From a virus (Duplodnaviria; Caudoviricetes): 64,000 nt of DNA. The stretch is taken from IMG/VR virus record IMGVR_UViG_3300035676_000001. One strand, written 5' to 3'. The notes beneath the pieces were generated by a model that was given only the letters and a program-made list of their open reading frames with translations, had not been told where the DNA came from and did not search any database. Positions 10,757-20,750 of this stretch are shown here, in pieces; within the stretch, counting starts at the first letter, position 1, and each line of letters starts with the position of its first letter. The translations under genes and the position numbers were made by a program.

Positions 10757-11866
10757 CTATCCGAATACGATTGAATAAATCAAAGCGTCATCCAAAACGC
10801 TTCTGCCGCTGACTCTATAAGCTCCTGTGATATTTATATCCCCAACAGCATCTACCTTATAAGATGGTTGAGTACTTCCTAAACCGATATTTCCAGTTGA
10901 TGGTCTGAAAACAAAACTGTTTGTTCCAGTCGTTGCAATTCCGACCGAACTTACCCCAGTGTTATTTGCAAAAGTTGGAAATACAATATCAGTTGCAATC
11001 GGTTGATTTATAACCGAAAAAGCACTTACACCAAAAAGATTAGAACCATCACCATAATAAACAACTGTCGTAACTCCAGGATTTGCAGAAGTTACAATAC
11101 CAGATGTCGTAATCCTAACCTGACCAATTGTGGTGACACCAGTAATTCTAACTCTTTCAAGTTCTGTGTCACCAATAACATCAAAATCGGATCTTGGATA
11201 TTGAGTATTAATACCAAGATTTCCACTTGTTACATCATACCAAACTTGATTTGTTCCAGAAAATATACCGACACTATTAAATTGTAACTGACCACTTAAT
11301 CCTGCAGCGTTGGTTACGATTCCAATTCCACCCGCGCTTGTCCAAACAATATTTGCACCGTTTGAACTTAAAACATAACCAGAGTTTCCAGCACTATTAG
11401 TAGAATCATAAATTCCACCACGAACTCTTAAATTACCAAAGACATCTAATCTTTGAGTTGGTCCTGTTGTCCCAATACCCAAGAATCCAAAGTTTGGTAT
11501 ATAAGCAACTTGTGTGCTTGCAATTCCTACAGAAGTTACACCAATGTTTGATGCAAATGTTGGATAAACTGGATTAGAATTTAATGGTTGCCCAACAACA
11601 TTAAAGGCATTAACGCCAATTAGATTTGATCCATCACCATAATATTTGACAGTTGTTACACCAGGATTATTTGCAGTTACAATTCCTGCGCTTGTAATCT
11701 TTAGTTCTCCGATGATTGCATCAGAAACTACGTGAAGTTTTGCCTGGGGATTTGTGGTTCCTATACCTACAGAGGGAGCTGCTGTAGTTGCAATACCAAT
11801 GTTTCCATTGATATCATTAACTATCGTAAACGACCCTAGTTGCGATAGCTCCCTATTATTTGCCAT
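10757..11866 (-). CDS. Tail fibre-like structural protein
   Basis: Repeated VGIGTTNP and YYGDGSNL modules. Confidence 0.7.
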   Translation of the reverse strand: MANNRELSQLGSFTIVNDINGNIGIATTAAPSVGIGTTNPQAKLHVVSDAIIGELKITSAGIVTANNPGVTTVKYYGDGSNLIGVNAFNVVGQPLNSNPVYPTFASNIGVTSVGIASTQVAYIPNFGFLGIGTTGPTQRLDVFGNLRVRGGIYDSTNSAGNSGYVLSSNGANIVWTSAGGIGIVTNAAGLSGQLQFNSVGIFSGTNQVWYDVTSGNLGINTQYPRSDFDVIGDTELERVRITGVTTIGQVRITTSGIVTSANPGVTTVVYYGDGSNLFGVSAFSVINQPIATDIVFPTFANNTGVSSVGIATTGTNSFVFRPSTGNIGLGSTQPSYKVDAVGDINITGAYRVSGRSVLDDALIYSIVFG

Positions 11867-11908
11867 CAGATATTAAACTTTGTAGTTATTTATTAGGGTT
11901 GTAAAACG

Positions 11909-12637
11909 TCACTCTATAATTTTTTTTAATTTCTGAAAACTACTACCAACCCAAGAAACTATACTGTTGATTTCATTATCAAACATAATCAAATCATCTT
12001 CAACGATTCCATAAGATGGATATAAGGTTTTTACTTCTCCCAAATGAGGAATCACTGCTTCATTAATTGAGCTTTCTTTCCCAAGAAGACCAAATGATTT
12101 CACATAGAAATTGGAAAGGTCAAAGTTTTTTACTCGGTCAATTTCAAAGTAATCACAAACAATATCCATAGTTTCTTTCTTGCTACTCAAAAAAGAATTT
12201 GTTTCTATCCATAAGATATCGGGAGTCTCACTTATCCATTGAATGATATTCAACCATATAAAAGCAATTTTTTCTAAATCAGTATGAAACTGATATTCTT
12301 TTAATGATGGATGGCAATGATGTAGATGATACTCATACTTTGTAGATACTATATTATCAGTATAATTTGATGTCTTAATCTTATATAAATGATGCTTTAG
12401 TTTCCTATACAAGAATACTTTTTTTCCAGAAAGATGTCCAGAATAGTGGCATAAGGAACTTTGAAACTTTATAACTGTATTGTTAGTTAATTCTTCAACA
12501 AGTTTATCATTCTGTATGAGATTATAAATCCAAGATGGTTCGGCATACACAATTGTGGAATTTGCCAGTAATGTTGCCATTAAAGTTGAACCACAATGAG
12601 AGGTATGATATATTTGATGAATATTAGTTTTGCTCAT
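11909..12637 (-). CDS. Sulfotransferase-like protein
   Basis: N-terminal IYHTSHCGSTL resembles the PAPS 5'-phosphosulfate-binding loop. Confidence 0.55.
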   Translation of the reverse strand: MSKTNIHQIYHTSHCGSTLMATLLANSTIVYAEPSWIYNLIQNDKLVEELTNNTVIKFQSSLCHYSGHLSGKKVFLYRKLKHHLYKIKTSNYTDNIVSTKYEYHLHHCHPSLKEYQFHTDLEKIAFIWLNIIQWISETPDILWIETNSFLSSKKETMDIVCDYFEIDRVKNFDLSNFYVKSFGLLGKESSINEAVIPHLGEVKTLYPSYGIVEDDLIMFDNEINSIVSWVGSSFQKLKKIIE

Positions 12638-13277
12638 TTGTTCTTATACCATCATTGTGTATTCCAAAAAAGTGAGATATGCAATATCTTCCATAACCAG
12701 AATAATAATCAGTATCTTCTATTGATACATTTTTAACTCCGTGTTCAACATATGATGGTAATAGAATTAAACTATTATTCATACACTGAAACTCATAATC
12801 ACCATACTCTGGAAAATAAAGTTCTCCGCCAGAAAACTTTCTTGGTTCTTTGTGAAAGTAACTAAACGCTAAAAAGTCGTGTCTGATATCAGTATGTGGT
12901 TCGTAATAATCGCCATTGTGATAATATCTTGCTTTTGTTATACAATAATTGGAGTGTAGAATTTTTTTATTTTGAGGAAACTTATCATAAAAAATATTCA
13001 AAAATCCGTGATTGAATAATTTTTGTGTGACGGTTATGATATTAGAAAGATTTTTATCCGCATATGCAACATCCAGTTGTAAAGATCTGGATTTTGTCAT
13101 ATATTCTTGTTTTTCAAAATTCCAAGCCCCGTGATTATGTCCAGGGTCATATAATTTTCCAGGTTTGGTTAGAAACTTTAATTCTTCCCAAATTAATTCT
13201 AGTTCTTCTTCAGTATAAAAATTCTCAATGATTAAATGTGGGAATGGATCCTTTAGAATATTAATTCTTCTTTCCAT
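12624..13277 (-). CDS. 2OG-Fe(II) oxygenase, prolyl-4-hydroxylase-like
   Basis: YEPHTD...FSGGELYF...VEHGVKNV...GRYCIS. Confidence 0.8.
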   Translation of the reverse strand: MERRINILKDPFPHLIIENFYTEEELELIWEELKFLTKPGKLYDPGHNHGAWNFEKQEYMTKSRSLQLDVAYADKNLSNIITVTQKLFNHGFLNIFYDKFPQNKKILHSNYCITKARYYHNGDYYEPHTDIRHDFLAFSYFHKEPRKFSGGELYFPEYGDYEFQCMNNSLILLPSYVEHGVKNVSIEDTDYYSGYGRYCISHFFGIHNDGIRTNEQN

Positions 13278-13310
13278 AATATATCATCTATTCAAATCAT
13301 TATAATGTTT

Positions 13311-13790
13311 TTAATACCTTCTGTCAAATTCTGGTTGCTCCATATTAAGAGTCCAGAATCTTTCACCTTCTGATCCTTCAACTTGTCTCCAATTTGAAAT
13401 AGATTCATCCCATTCGTATTGATAAGTATCCCAAGGCTTTGGAAATGGTGGTCTCCATTTTAATCTATCTGGATCATACCACCAAAGTGAATATGGTTGT
13501 GGAGGAATAGGAGGTAAAAATCTTTTATATTCTTCATTATATGAATAACCATCAGGAACAAATGCATCATACTGTTCATCATAAGTATCTCCTATCGCAG
13601 CATACTTATATCTAAATTTGTTATTATAAGATGTTTGTACCCAGTTTTTATCTTGACCATATAAGTTTTTACAAAACTGAATACCTACTTCTTCGGATTC
13701 ATTTCCATTTTCATCAAGAATATCATCATTTGAAATGACAATAACTTGCGTTACTACATTATTTTGATCTAGTTCTGCGAAATGTGCCAT
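13311..13790 (-). CDS. Small partner protein of Gly-rich fibre (MAHFAELD family)
   Basis: Paralog of 301..705, directly downstream of a Gly-rich gene. Confidence 0.75.
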   Translation of the reverse strand: MAHFAELDQNNVVTQVIVISNDDILDENGNESEEVGIQFCKNLYGQDKNWVQTSYNNKFRYKYAAIGDTYDEQYDAFVPDGYSYNEEYKRFLPPIPPQPYSLWWYDPDRLKWRPPFPKPWDTYQYEWDESISNWRQVEGSEGERFWTLNMEQPEFDRRY

Positions 13791-13798
13791 TGTTATTA

Positions 13799-14674
13799 TT
13801 AATTTACAGTAAAGGTTCCACCAGCGGTAAAGTCGTGAATCACATAATCGGTTCCAGAAACATTTGCGGTGGTAATTGTTCCACCAGTTGCTTTTGTAGT
13901 TGTCCCAGCATATCTTACGATGACTCTTCCAGATCCTCCTGATGCGGTAGCTCCATTAGTATTAGAATTTCTGGCACCACCACCTGTATTAGCAGCAGGT
14001 GAACTGGTCGTTGATCCATCACCATTAAGACCAATTAAAGCACCTCCACTAGTATTGCCAGATCCGGCACCACCTCCACCAAATGCAACTGTCGAAGAAC
14101 TACCGCCTCTAAAAGTTGCTAAATTATATCCTGAACCTCCGGCACCGCCTGCTCCAACACCAGTACTTGGACTTGTTCCAGCAGATCCAGCACTACCTTT
14201 TCCTCCTCCACCACCTGCACTAAAATTTGGAGAGGTTCCAGTAGACCCACCACCAGAATTACCCTGCCCTGATGTTCCACTTCCTCCCCCTCCTCCACTT
14301 CTTCCCCCACCGCCAGATCCACCAGATAATCCAGATATGGCTCCAGGTGCTGCACCAGAACCACCTCCACCACCAACAGCATTAGTAGCACCCGTAAATG
14401 AAGTTACACCTCCATTAGCACTTCCACTTCCTCCTCCACCAATTGTTACAGTAGAATTAGTTCCAGGATTTAAAGTTGCTGAGTAAATATATAACCCACC
14501 AGCACCTCCTCCACCTCCACCATAGCGAAAACTACTAAACCAACTATCATCACCGCCGGCGCCGACCTGCCCGAACGCAGACAAAGCTCCTCCACCGCCT
14601 GCCATCATAAGGACTTCAACCGATACTGGTGATGTGGTGACTGTTGTTACAAAAAAGTTTTGAAGTATAGACAT
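13799..14674 (-). CDS. Glycine-rich domain protein
   Basis: VEVLMMAGGGG...GGGGAGG...GGSGRVIVRY domain. Confidence 0.75.
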   Translation of the reverse strand: MSILQNFFVTTVTTSPVSVEVLMMAGGGGALSAFGQVGAGGDDSWFSSFRYGGGGGGAGGLYIYSATLNPGTNSTVTIGGGGSGSANGGVTSFTGATNAVGGGGGSGAAPGAISGLSGGSGGGGRSGGGGGSGTSGQGNSGGGSTGTSPNFSAGGGGGKGSAGSAGTSPSTGVGAGGAGGSGYNLATFRGGSSSTVAFGGGGAGSGNTSGGALIGLNGDGSTTSSPAANTGGGARNSNTNGATASGGSGRVIVRYAGTTTKATGGTITTANVSGTDYVIHDFTAGGTFTVN

Positions 14675-14675
14675 A

Positions 14676-16229
14676 TTATGTTAATCCTCCTCCCATAATT
14701 ACAAATGTATTAGATGCAACACAAAGAATAGTAGCAACACCTCTTTGTGCCAGAGTTCTATTTCCAGTTGTTGCAGTCCCAACAAGATACATTGTTACAG
14801 AAGTTCCTTGAGTAATTGTTTGGTTACTTGCGGAATTATTGTATATAGACAATGTATCACCTACACTGAATATGCCAGAGTTAACTGTAACTCCGCCAGT
14901 GGTAATAGATATATGCTTTCCAACATCTGATGCAGCAAGAATGTATGCAGAGGTTTGAGCGTTTTGTGGAACTGCACGAACATTTCCACTAGAATCATTT
15001 ACAGTAGTTGCAGTAGAAACGCCAGAAATATTTACATTACCGACAACGTGAAGTTTTGATGTTGGATTTGTGCTTCCTATGCCTATATTAAAGTTCTCAT
15101 TGCCAACTAACCAATACTTACTATCATTAGCATCAGTTCTTATACCAACTGCAAATTGATTACTTTTAGTGGTGTCTGGAGAGTCAAAATAATTAGCAAG
15201 GTATCCACTACCAATTATAACTTTATAAGATGCTGATGCTGAAATACCATTTCTAGCTCCAATGAAAACATTATTGCTTCCAGTTTGGTTACTAACTCCA
15301 GCAGCAACACCAAAAAAGCTATTAGAACCTCCACTACTATTGTTCTGTCCTGCGGAAAAACCAATGAAGCTATTAGAAGATGCAGTGTTGAAGTATCCCG
15401 ATTGTTGTCCAAGGAAGACATTATTACTTCCAGTTTGGTTGTTAAATCCTGCGTAAAGACCTAAAAAGATATTAGTAGCACCACTACTATTAACGGCTCC
15501 TGCATTAGGACCAATAAAGATATTACTAGTACCACTAGTAATAACAGGACCAGTAGTACTATCGCCAATTCTTATGTTATTAGTTGCACCAAATCCCAAC
15601 ACTCCACTAATCTGAAGTTTCGTTTGTGGATTTGTAACTCCTATACCAATATTATCATTAACAGATAAAGTTCCATAAACAGTTGCACCATATCCAGTAG
15701 TTTCAAATTTTTTTGAGTTATCAAAATAAAGTTCTACTGAACCATTTGTGTTGAATTTTGCTTTATTTTCGGCATATGAAAGGTCTGTAACAATAAGACT
15801 ATTATCACCTGCAATATAAAGGTCTCCAGTTCCAGAATCTGCAATTGCACTAACAGATCCATTGTGTCCAATATATAAGTCGCTAGAATCACCAAAATAG
15901 ATGAAATCGTTATCACCAAGATATACATTGTTTTGGAATGTAGTGACACCAGATACTTGGAGTTGTGTAATCGAACCTATACCACCAATGACATTTGTAG
16001 AAACTCCGGCAGTCAAAGCATAAGTTGCTATGCCTGCAGTTGTAGCATAAGTAGAAATGCCACTTGAGGTTGCATAAGTTGCTATGCCTGCAGTTGTAGC
16101 ATAAGTGGATGATGTTGCATTTCCACTAAAGTTTCCACTAAAAGTTGTGGCGGTCACAATACCACTACTAATAGTAACGCCAGTTCCTACTTCAAGTCCA
16201 TTTTTGACTTTAAAATTTTGATTGGCCAC
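14676..16229 (-). CDS. Tail fibre protein
   Basis: GTG start MANQNFKVKNGL, NxFxG repeats, C-terminal GNRTLAQRGVATILCV domain. Confidence 0.75.
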   Translation of the reverse strand: MANQNFKVKNGLEVGTGVTISSGIVTATTFSGNFSGNATSSTYATTAGIATYATSSGISTYATTAGIATYALTAGVSTNVIGGIGSITQLQVSGVTTFQNNVYLGDNDFIYFGDSSDLYIGHNGSVSAIADSGTGDLYIAGDNSLIVTDLSYAENKAKFNTNGSVELYFDNSKKFETTGYGATVYGTLSVNDNIGIGVTNPQTKLQISGVLGFGATNNIRIGDSTTGPVITSGTSNIFIGPNAGAVNSSGATNIFLGLYAGFNNQTGSNNVFLGQQSGYFNTASSNSFIGFSAGQNNSSGGSNSFFGVAAGVSNQTGSNNVFIGARNGISASASYKVIIGSGYLANYFDSPDTTKSNQFAVGIRTDANDSKYWLVGNENFNIGIGSTNPTSKLHVVGNVNISGVSTATTVNDSSGNVRAVPQNAQTSAYILAASDVGKHISITTGGVTVNSGIFSVGDTLSIYNNSASNQTITQGTSVTMYLVGTATTGNRTLAQRGVATILCVASNTFVIMGGGLT

Positions 16230-16264
16230 AGGTTCACTTTCCCCCGTTGGTTTTTAGGTATTTA

Positions 16265-19200
16265 TTATGCCTTAATTGCAGTAAACTTAATCTTGTAAGT
16301 CATTGTTGAAGAACTATATGGTGTCGCAAGAAGTCTAATTGCTCCCCCAGATATATCAGTGTCAAATGTAGCGAGAACAGGTCCCGTTGAGATAGTTCCA
16401 TATTCAGTATTATATGCTGTAGTTCCATTGTGAAGAACTAATACTTTTGTCAAATGGTAATTAACACCATTTGTAACTTGAATCATATATTCGATAGAAC
16501 GATAATCAGTTGAAGAAATTGTATGAATGGGTACTTGTGATACTGTTGCCGTCGTAGTTGTAAATGTATAATCATTAATCCAATAAGTTCCATCAAATCC
16601 TAAAACTTCCCCAGCTTGAGGATTTGTAATTACTACGTCAGTTAAATTATCTAGCGATATAGATCCCCCTCCTCCGCTACCAGATCCAGTACTTAATGTG
16701 TTATATGAAACAAATTCAACAATATCATTTTCAAAAGCTGGCGAAACAAGAGTAACATTTGCGCCATTATTGGCAACATATTCACTACTTGTTAATTTTA
16801 CACCATTTACATAGACATCAAGAAATCCGACGTTATAAGCAAAGTTAAATACTGTCTGACCATAAATTGCAGTTGTAATTCCTGTTGTTCTCAATGTTGG
16901 GAATGAATCCCAGGTAACTCCAATACCAGTGGATCTTAGATACTGACCATCGTTTCCTGTCGTATTTCCAGCACTTACATTTCCATAGACTTGGAGATTA
17001 GTAACAGAAGTAATGCCCGAAACTCTAGCATTGCCGACGATTTCTAAATTATATCCTGGGTTAGTTGTTCCTATACCAAAATAATTTGATGATGGAATAT
17101 ATGCAATTTGAGTTGAAGATATTCCAACAGAAGATACTCCAGCATTCGTTGCAAATGTTGGATATACGGTGCTTGATGTTAGTGGTTGACTGATAACATT
17201 AAAAGCATTAACACCAATCAGATTAGATCCATCACCATAATATTTGACTGTTGTAACTCCAGGATTTGAGGAAGTTATAATTCCAGATGGATTAATTTGT
17301 ACTTGACCAATAGTAGTGAATCCTACAACATATAATGATGAAACAGTTGCAAATCCAAGAGTGGAGACTCCAGTTACATTTAATTGTGATACATTTGCGT
17401 TTCCACCATCTACACTTGTTGATACACCAGCAACTCCCGAGTAAGTTGAGACTCCTGCAGTCCAAGCGTAAGTTGCTATACCCGCATTATTGGAGTAATT
17501 GGCGAATGTAGATACACCTGAAGCATTAGCGTATCCAGAGAACGTAGAGAACCCAGAAGTATCAGAGTATCCAGAGAACGTAGATACACCAGAAGCATTA
17601 GCGTATCCAGAGAATGTTGAGAATCCAGATACGTTAGCATATCCAGAGAACGTAGAGAATCCTGCTACGTGAGCATAATTTGCTACACCAAGTAAGTCTC
17701 CAACAAATGTAGGTGCAGTTACAACACCACTAGAGTTAATAGTATTAGTTCTTACAATGTTAAGAGTGCTGATTCCACTAGAATTAATATTCTCTAGTGT
17801 CGAATGATTACTAGTAAGTGTAGTAACAATACCAGTAACTGCATAAAGATTATTTACATTTACATTTGAGAATGATGAATTGGTTACATTCAGGTTTGTA
17901 ATTGTAGAAGTAGTACTATTAAATGTTGCAATTGTGCCTACCCCAGTGATATTCAATCTTTCGGCAGTAAAGGCAGTTACAAATCCAACATTAGAAACAA
18001 TACTATCAACATAAGCATTCGCACTATACAAGTTGGTAATTGTACCAAACCCAGTATAATTTAATCTATTACCACTTAAATCAGTAATAATTCCTGACTG
18101 AGAGAATAAATTATTAGAATGTAGATTACCAATATCAGCACCCGTAAATGTAGCAATACCACTTGAAAGTCTTGAAACCTCAAAAGTATCTGCATTAATT
18201 TGCTTATCAGTAATTTGTACATTACCAACTGCAAGTCTCACATTGTTAGGGACCAGAGTTGAACCAATACCAACAGCATAATTAAACATCCAAGCATCAG
18301 TGGTTCCAACTCCATAAGAGTTTTTAGCAACCCACATTAACTGTTTATAAGTTGCTGGGAGACTACTGAATCCCACAAGAGCAAGGTCTACTAATGGATA
18401 TCCCTCTGTAGAAGCAATTGCAATACCACCATGAGATGCTGTAGTATCAGTTGAAACATCTTGATTTAAAGCATTAGTTGTAATACCAAGAATAATTTCC
18501 TTATCAAGAACTCTTAAGTCTTCGGCAGTAATGACCGATGTAGTTCCACCGATGCTTAAGTTTCCGGCAATATAAACATTATTATAAAATGTTGCTGTTG
18601 CATCATAAACATTAAAATCACTCTGAACATCAAGGCTCTGAATTGTTGCAATACCACTTACAGTTAAATCAGTATTTGTAAGATAATCAATTGTAGCATT
18701 TGTGGTATCTAAAGTTGCAATAGTGCCAACGCCAGTATAGTTAAGTCTTGTACCAGAAATATCAGTTACGACACCTACACTAATATACCCATAATCAGCA
18801 TTCAGATTAGTAAAATCAGAATTAGTTGAAATAATATTAGTGCTATTCAGAGTGGTAATTGTAGCGACACCACTTACATTAAGGAAAGTATTATTCAGAT
18901 TGGTAATTGTACCAATTCCACTGTTTAGAATTGCAGCAGTAGCAACACCAACATTAATATAATCACTAGATAGATTATTGATAGTGGCAGTATCAGTATC
19001 TAATGTTGCAATTGTACCAACACCAGTGTAATTAAGTCTGGTGCCAGAAATATCAGTTACGATACCGACATCAATATTGGCATTATTGGCATTCAGATTA
19101 ATAAAGTCTGAGTTGGTAGATACTAAATTAGTAATTGTACCAACACCAGATACATTCAAATATGGAGTTTCAAGAGTATCATAAACTGTAACACCATAAC

Positions 19201-20449
19201 CTGTGGTCTCAAGTTTCTTAGAGTTTCCATAGTAGAGTCTTACTTCTGCACCATTAATAAATGCAGCATATTGACTACCACCAGTATCTTGTAAGAAGAT
19301 ATTACTTGAAGACCTTAAGAATATATTTCCTAGATTTTCAAATAATACTCCTTCACTACCTACCGAACCAATATATACATTACTTCTTAAATATGCGTCA
19401 CTATCGGCGTTAAGAACTCCGTTGAATGTAGAAACACCAGAAACATTCAGCGTAGACGCCCTTACAATATTCTGAGTGCTGATGCCAGAAACATTCAGAT
19501 TGGTTAGATTAGTCTGAGTGCTATTCAGTGTGGTAATCGTACCAACACCAGTATAATTCAAATTTGTGCCACTGATATTAGTTATAATTCCACTATTAAT
19601 ATAAGCATTGGTAGAATATAATGTAGCGATACTACCAATACCACTGTTCAGAAGATTATTGGTTAGATTATTAATTGTACCAGTTGAACTATCTAAAGTA
19701 GTAATTGTAGCGATACCACTTGAAAGTCTTGTGTTTGTGAGGTCTGTTACGACACCAACATTAATATAACCATTCGATGCATAAAGATTGGTAATCGTGC
19801 TAGTACCAACAACTTCTCTAGTAACATCTAGATTTGTAATTGTACCGATACCAGTATAGTTAAGTCTTGTACCAGAAATATCAGTTACGATACCGACATC
19901 AATATTGGCATTATTGGCATTCAGATTAGTAAAATCAGAATTAATTGAAGTAATATTAGTGCTATTCAGAGTGGTGATTGTGGCAATACCACTCACCATT
20001 CTTAAATTATTAAGATCAAGAATTGTTGCAGTATTGGTGTTAAGAGTCGTAATAGTACCAACACCAGTATAATTCAGTCTTGTTCCTGAAATATCAGTTA
20101 CAATACCTACATCAATATTTCCAAAATTAGCATTTAAATGATCAAAATCATTATTAGTAGAAACAATTGTTGTAGCGTTGATTTGAGTGATGGTGGCAAT
20201 ACCACTCAACATTCTCAAATTATCAATATCAAGAATTGTCGCAGTATTACTATTAAAGGTTGTGATAGTACCAACACCACTTGTTAGTCTAGTATTGGTC
20301 AGATTGACAATAGTGCCAACCCCAGAGTTAATATTTCCGTTAAATGTCGTAGATGTAACTACACCAGTAACTAATACATCTCCAATAACGTGTAGAGAAG
20401 AAGTTGGATTGGTTGTACCTATACCAGTATTAGTCTTAAGTAGTGCCAT
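16265..20449 (-). CDS. Long tail fibre-like protein with internal repeats
   Basis: 1394 aa, repeated DISGTRLNYTGVGTI and FSGYANASGVST units. Confidence 0.8.
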   Translation of the reverse strand: MALLKTNTGIGTTNPTSSLHVIGDVLVTGVVTSTTFNGNINSGVGTIVNLTNTRLTSGVGTITTFNSNTATILDIDNLRMLSGIATITQINATTIVSTNNDFDHLNANFGNIDVGIVTDISGTRLNYTGVGTITTLNTNTATILDLNNLRMVSGIATITTLNSTNITSINSDFTNLNANNANIDVGIVTDISGTRLNYTGIGTITNLDVTREVVGTSTITNLYASNGYINVGVVTDLTNTRLSSGIATITTLDSSTGTINNLTNNLLNSGIGSIATLYSTNAYINSGIITNISGTNLNYTGVGTITTLNSTQTNLTNLNVSGISTQNIVRASTLNVSGVSTFNGVLNADSDAYLRSNVYIGSVGSEGVLFENLGNIFLRSSSNIFLQDTGGSQYAAFINGAEVRLYYGNSKKLETTGYGVTVYDTLETPYLNVSGVGTITNLVSTNSDFINLNANNANIDVGIVTDISGTRLNYTGVGTIATLDTDTATINNLSSDYINVGVATAAILNSGIGTITNLNNTFLNVSGVATITTLNSTNIISTNSDFTNLNADYGYISVGVVTDISGTRLNYTGVGTIATLDTTNATIDYLTNTDLTVSGIATIQSLDVQSDFNVYDATATFYNNVYIAGNLSIGGTTSVITAEDLRVLDKEIILGITTNALNQDVSTDTTASHGGIAIASTEGYPLVDLALVGFSSLPATYKQLMWVAKNSYGVGTTDAWMFNYAVGIGSTLVPNNVRLAVGNVQITDKQINADTFEVSRLSSGIATFTGADIGNLHSNNLFSQSGIITDLSGNRLNYTGFGTITNLYSANAYVDSIVSNVGFVTAFTAERLNITGVGTIATFNSTTSTITNLNVTNSSFSNVNVNNLYAVTGIVTTLTSNHSTLENINSSGISTLNIVRTNTINSSGVVTAPTFVGDLLGVANYAHVAGFSTFSGYANVSGFSTFSGYANASGVSTFSGYSDTSGFSTFSGYANASGVSTFANYSNNAGIATYAWTAGVSTYSGVAGVSTSVDGGNANVSQLNVTGVSTLGFATVSSLYVVGFTTIGQVQINPSGIITSSNPGVTTVKYYGDGSNLIGVNAFNVISQPLTSSTVYPTFATNAGVSSVGISSTQIAYIPSSNYFGIGTTNPGYNLEIVGNARVSGITSVTNLQVYGNVSAGNTTGNDGQYLRSTGIGVTWDSFPTLRTTGITTAIYGQTVFNFAYNVGFLDVYVNGVKLTSSEYVANNGANVTLVSPAFENDIVEFVSYNTLSTGSGSGGGGSISLDNLTDVVITNPQAGEVLGFDGTYWINDYTFTTTTATVSQVPIHTISSTDYRSIEYMIQVTNGVNYHLTKVLVLHNGTTAYNTEYGTISTGPVLATFDTDISGGAIRLLATPYSSSTMTYKIKFTAIKA
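17521..17690. repeat. 36-bp period tandem repeat inside fibre gene
   Basis: tatccagagaa at 17532, 17568, 17604, 17640 (12-aa units). Confidence 0.85.
19044..19928. repeat. 57-nt exact direct repeat (19044-19100 and 19872-19928)
   Basis: Identical ccagaaatatcagttacgatacc...attcagatta, 828 bp apart (in frame). Confidence 0.85.
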
Positions 20450-20498
20450 CTTATTTCTTTATATAAGGTTATTTATTTGCCGCATTATGACTAACAAT

Positions 20499-20750
20499 TT
20501 ATGGATTAGGAGGAGTTACATCACTTACACCAGTTAGTTCATCAAAATAATTATAAACTCTCAAATCTTTATTATTCACAATTCTCATAGGTGCATTGCT
20601 AGTCAATTCGGAAAATATTCCCTCCTTCATTGTATTGGAGTAAAAAACTCCATACTGGTCCACACTCACATTTCTACTTGGCGAAGAAAACTCATCAAAT
20701 AGATTTGTAAAGAGAACACCATCAGAGCGTAATCTAGCTACTGTATTCAT
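20499..20750 (-). CDS. Hypothetical virion-associated protein
   Basis: Track ORF filling the gap between structural genes. Confidence 0.6.
   Translation of the reverse strand: MNTVARLRSDGVLFTNLFDEFSSPSRNVSVDQYGVFYSNTMKEGIFSELTSNAPMRIVNNKDLRVYNYFDELTGVSDVTPPNP

Noticed and set aside
773-14486. Plus-strand poly-Pro ORFs (773..982, 5157..5339, 5412..5744, 13869..14486 and similar)
   Set aside because: Antisense shadows of GGT/GGA/GGC glycine runs. No promoters or RBS.
15990-17690. CRISPR-like array from short repeats
   Set aside because: Repeats are in-frame coding units of fibre genes without unique spacers. No cas genes.
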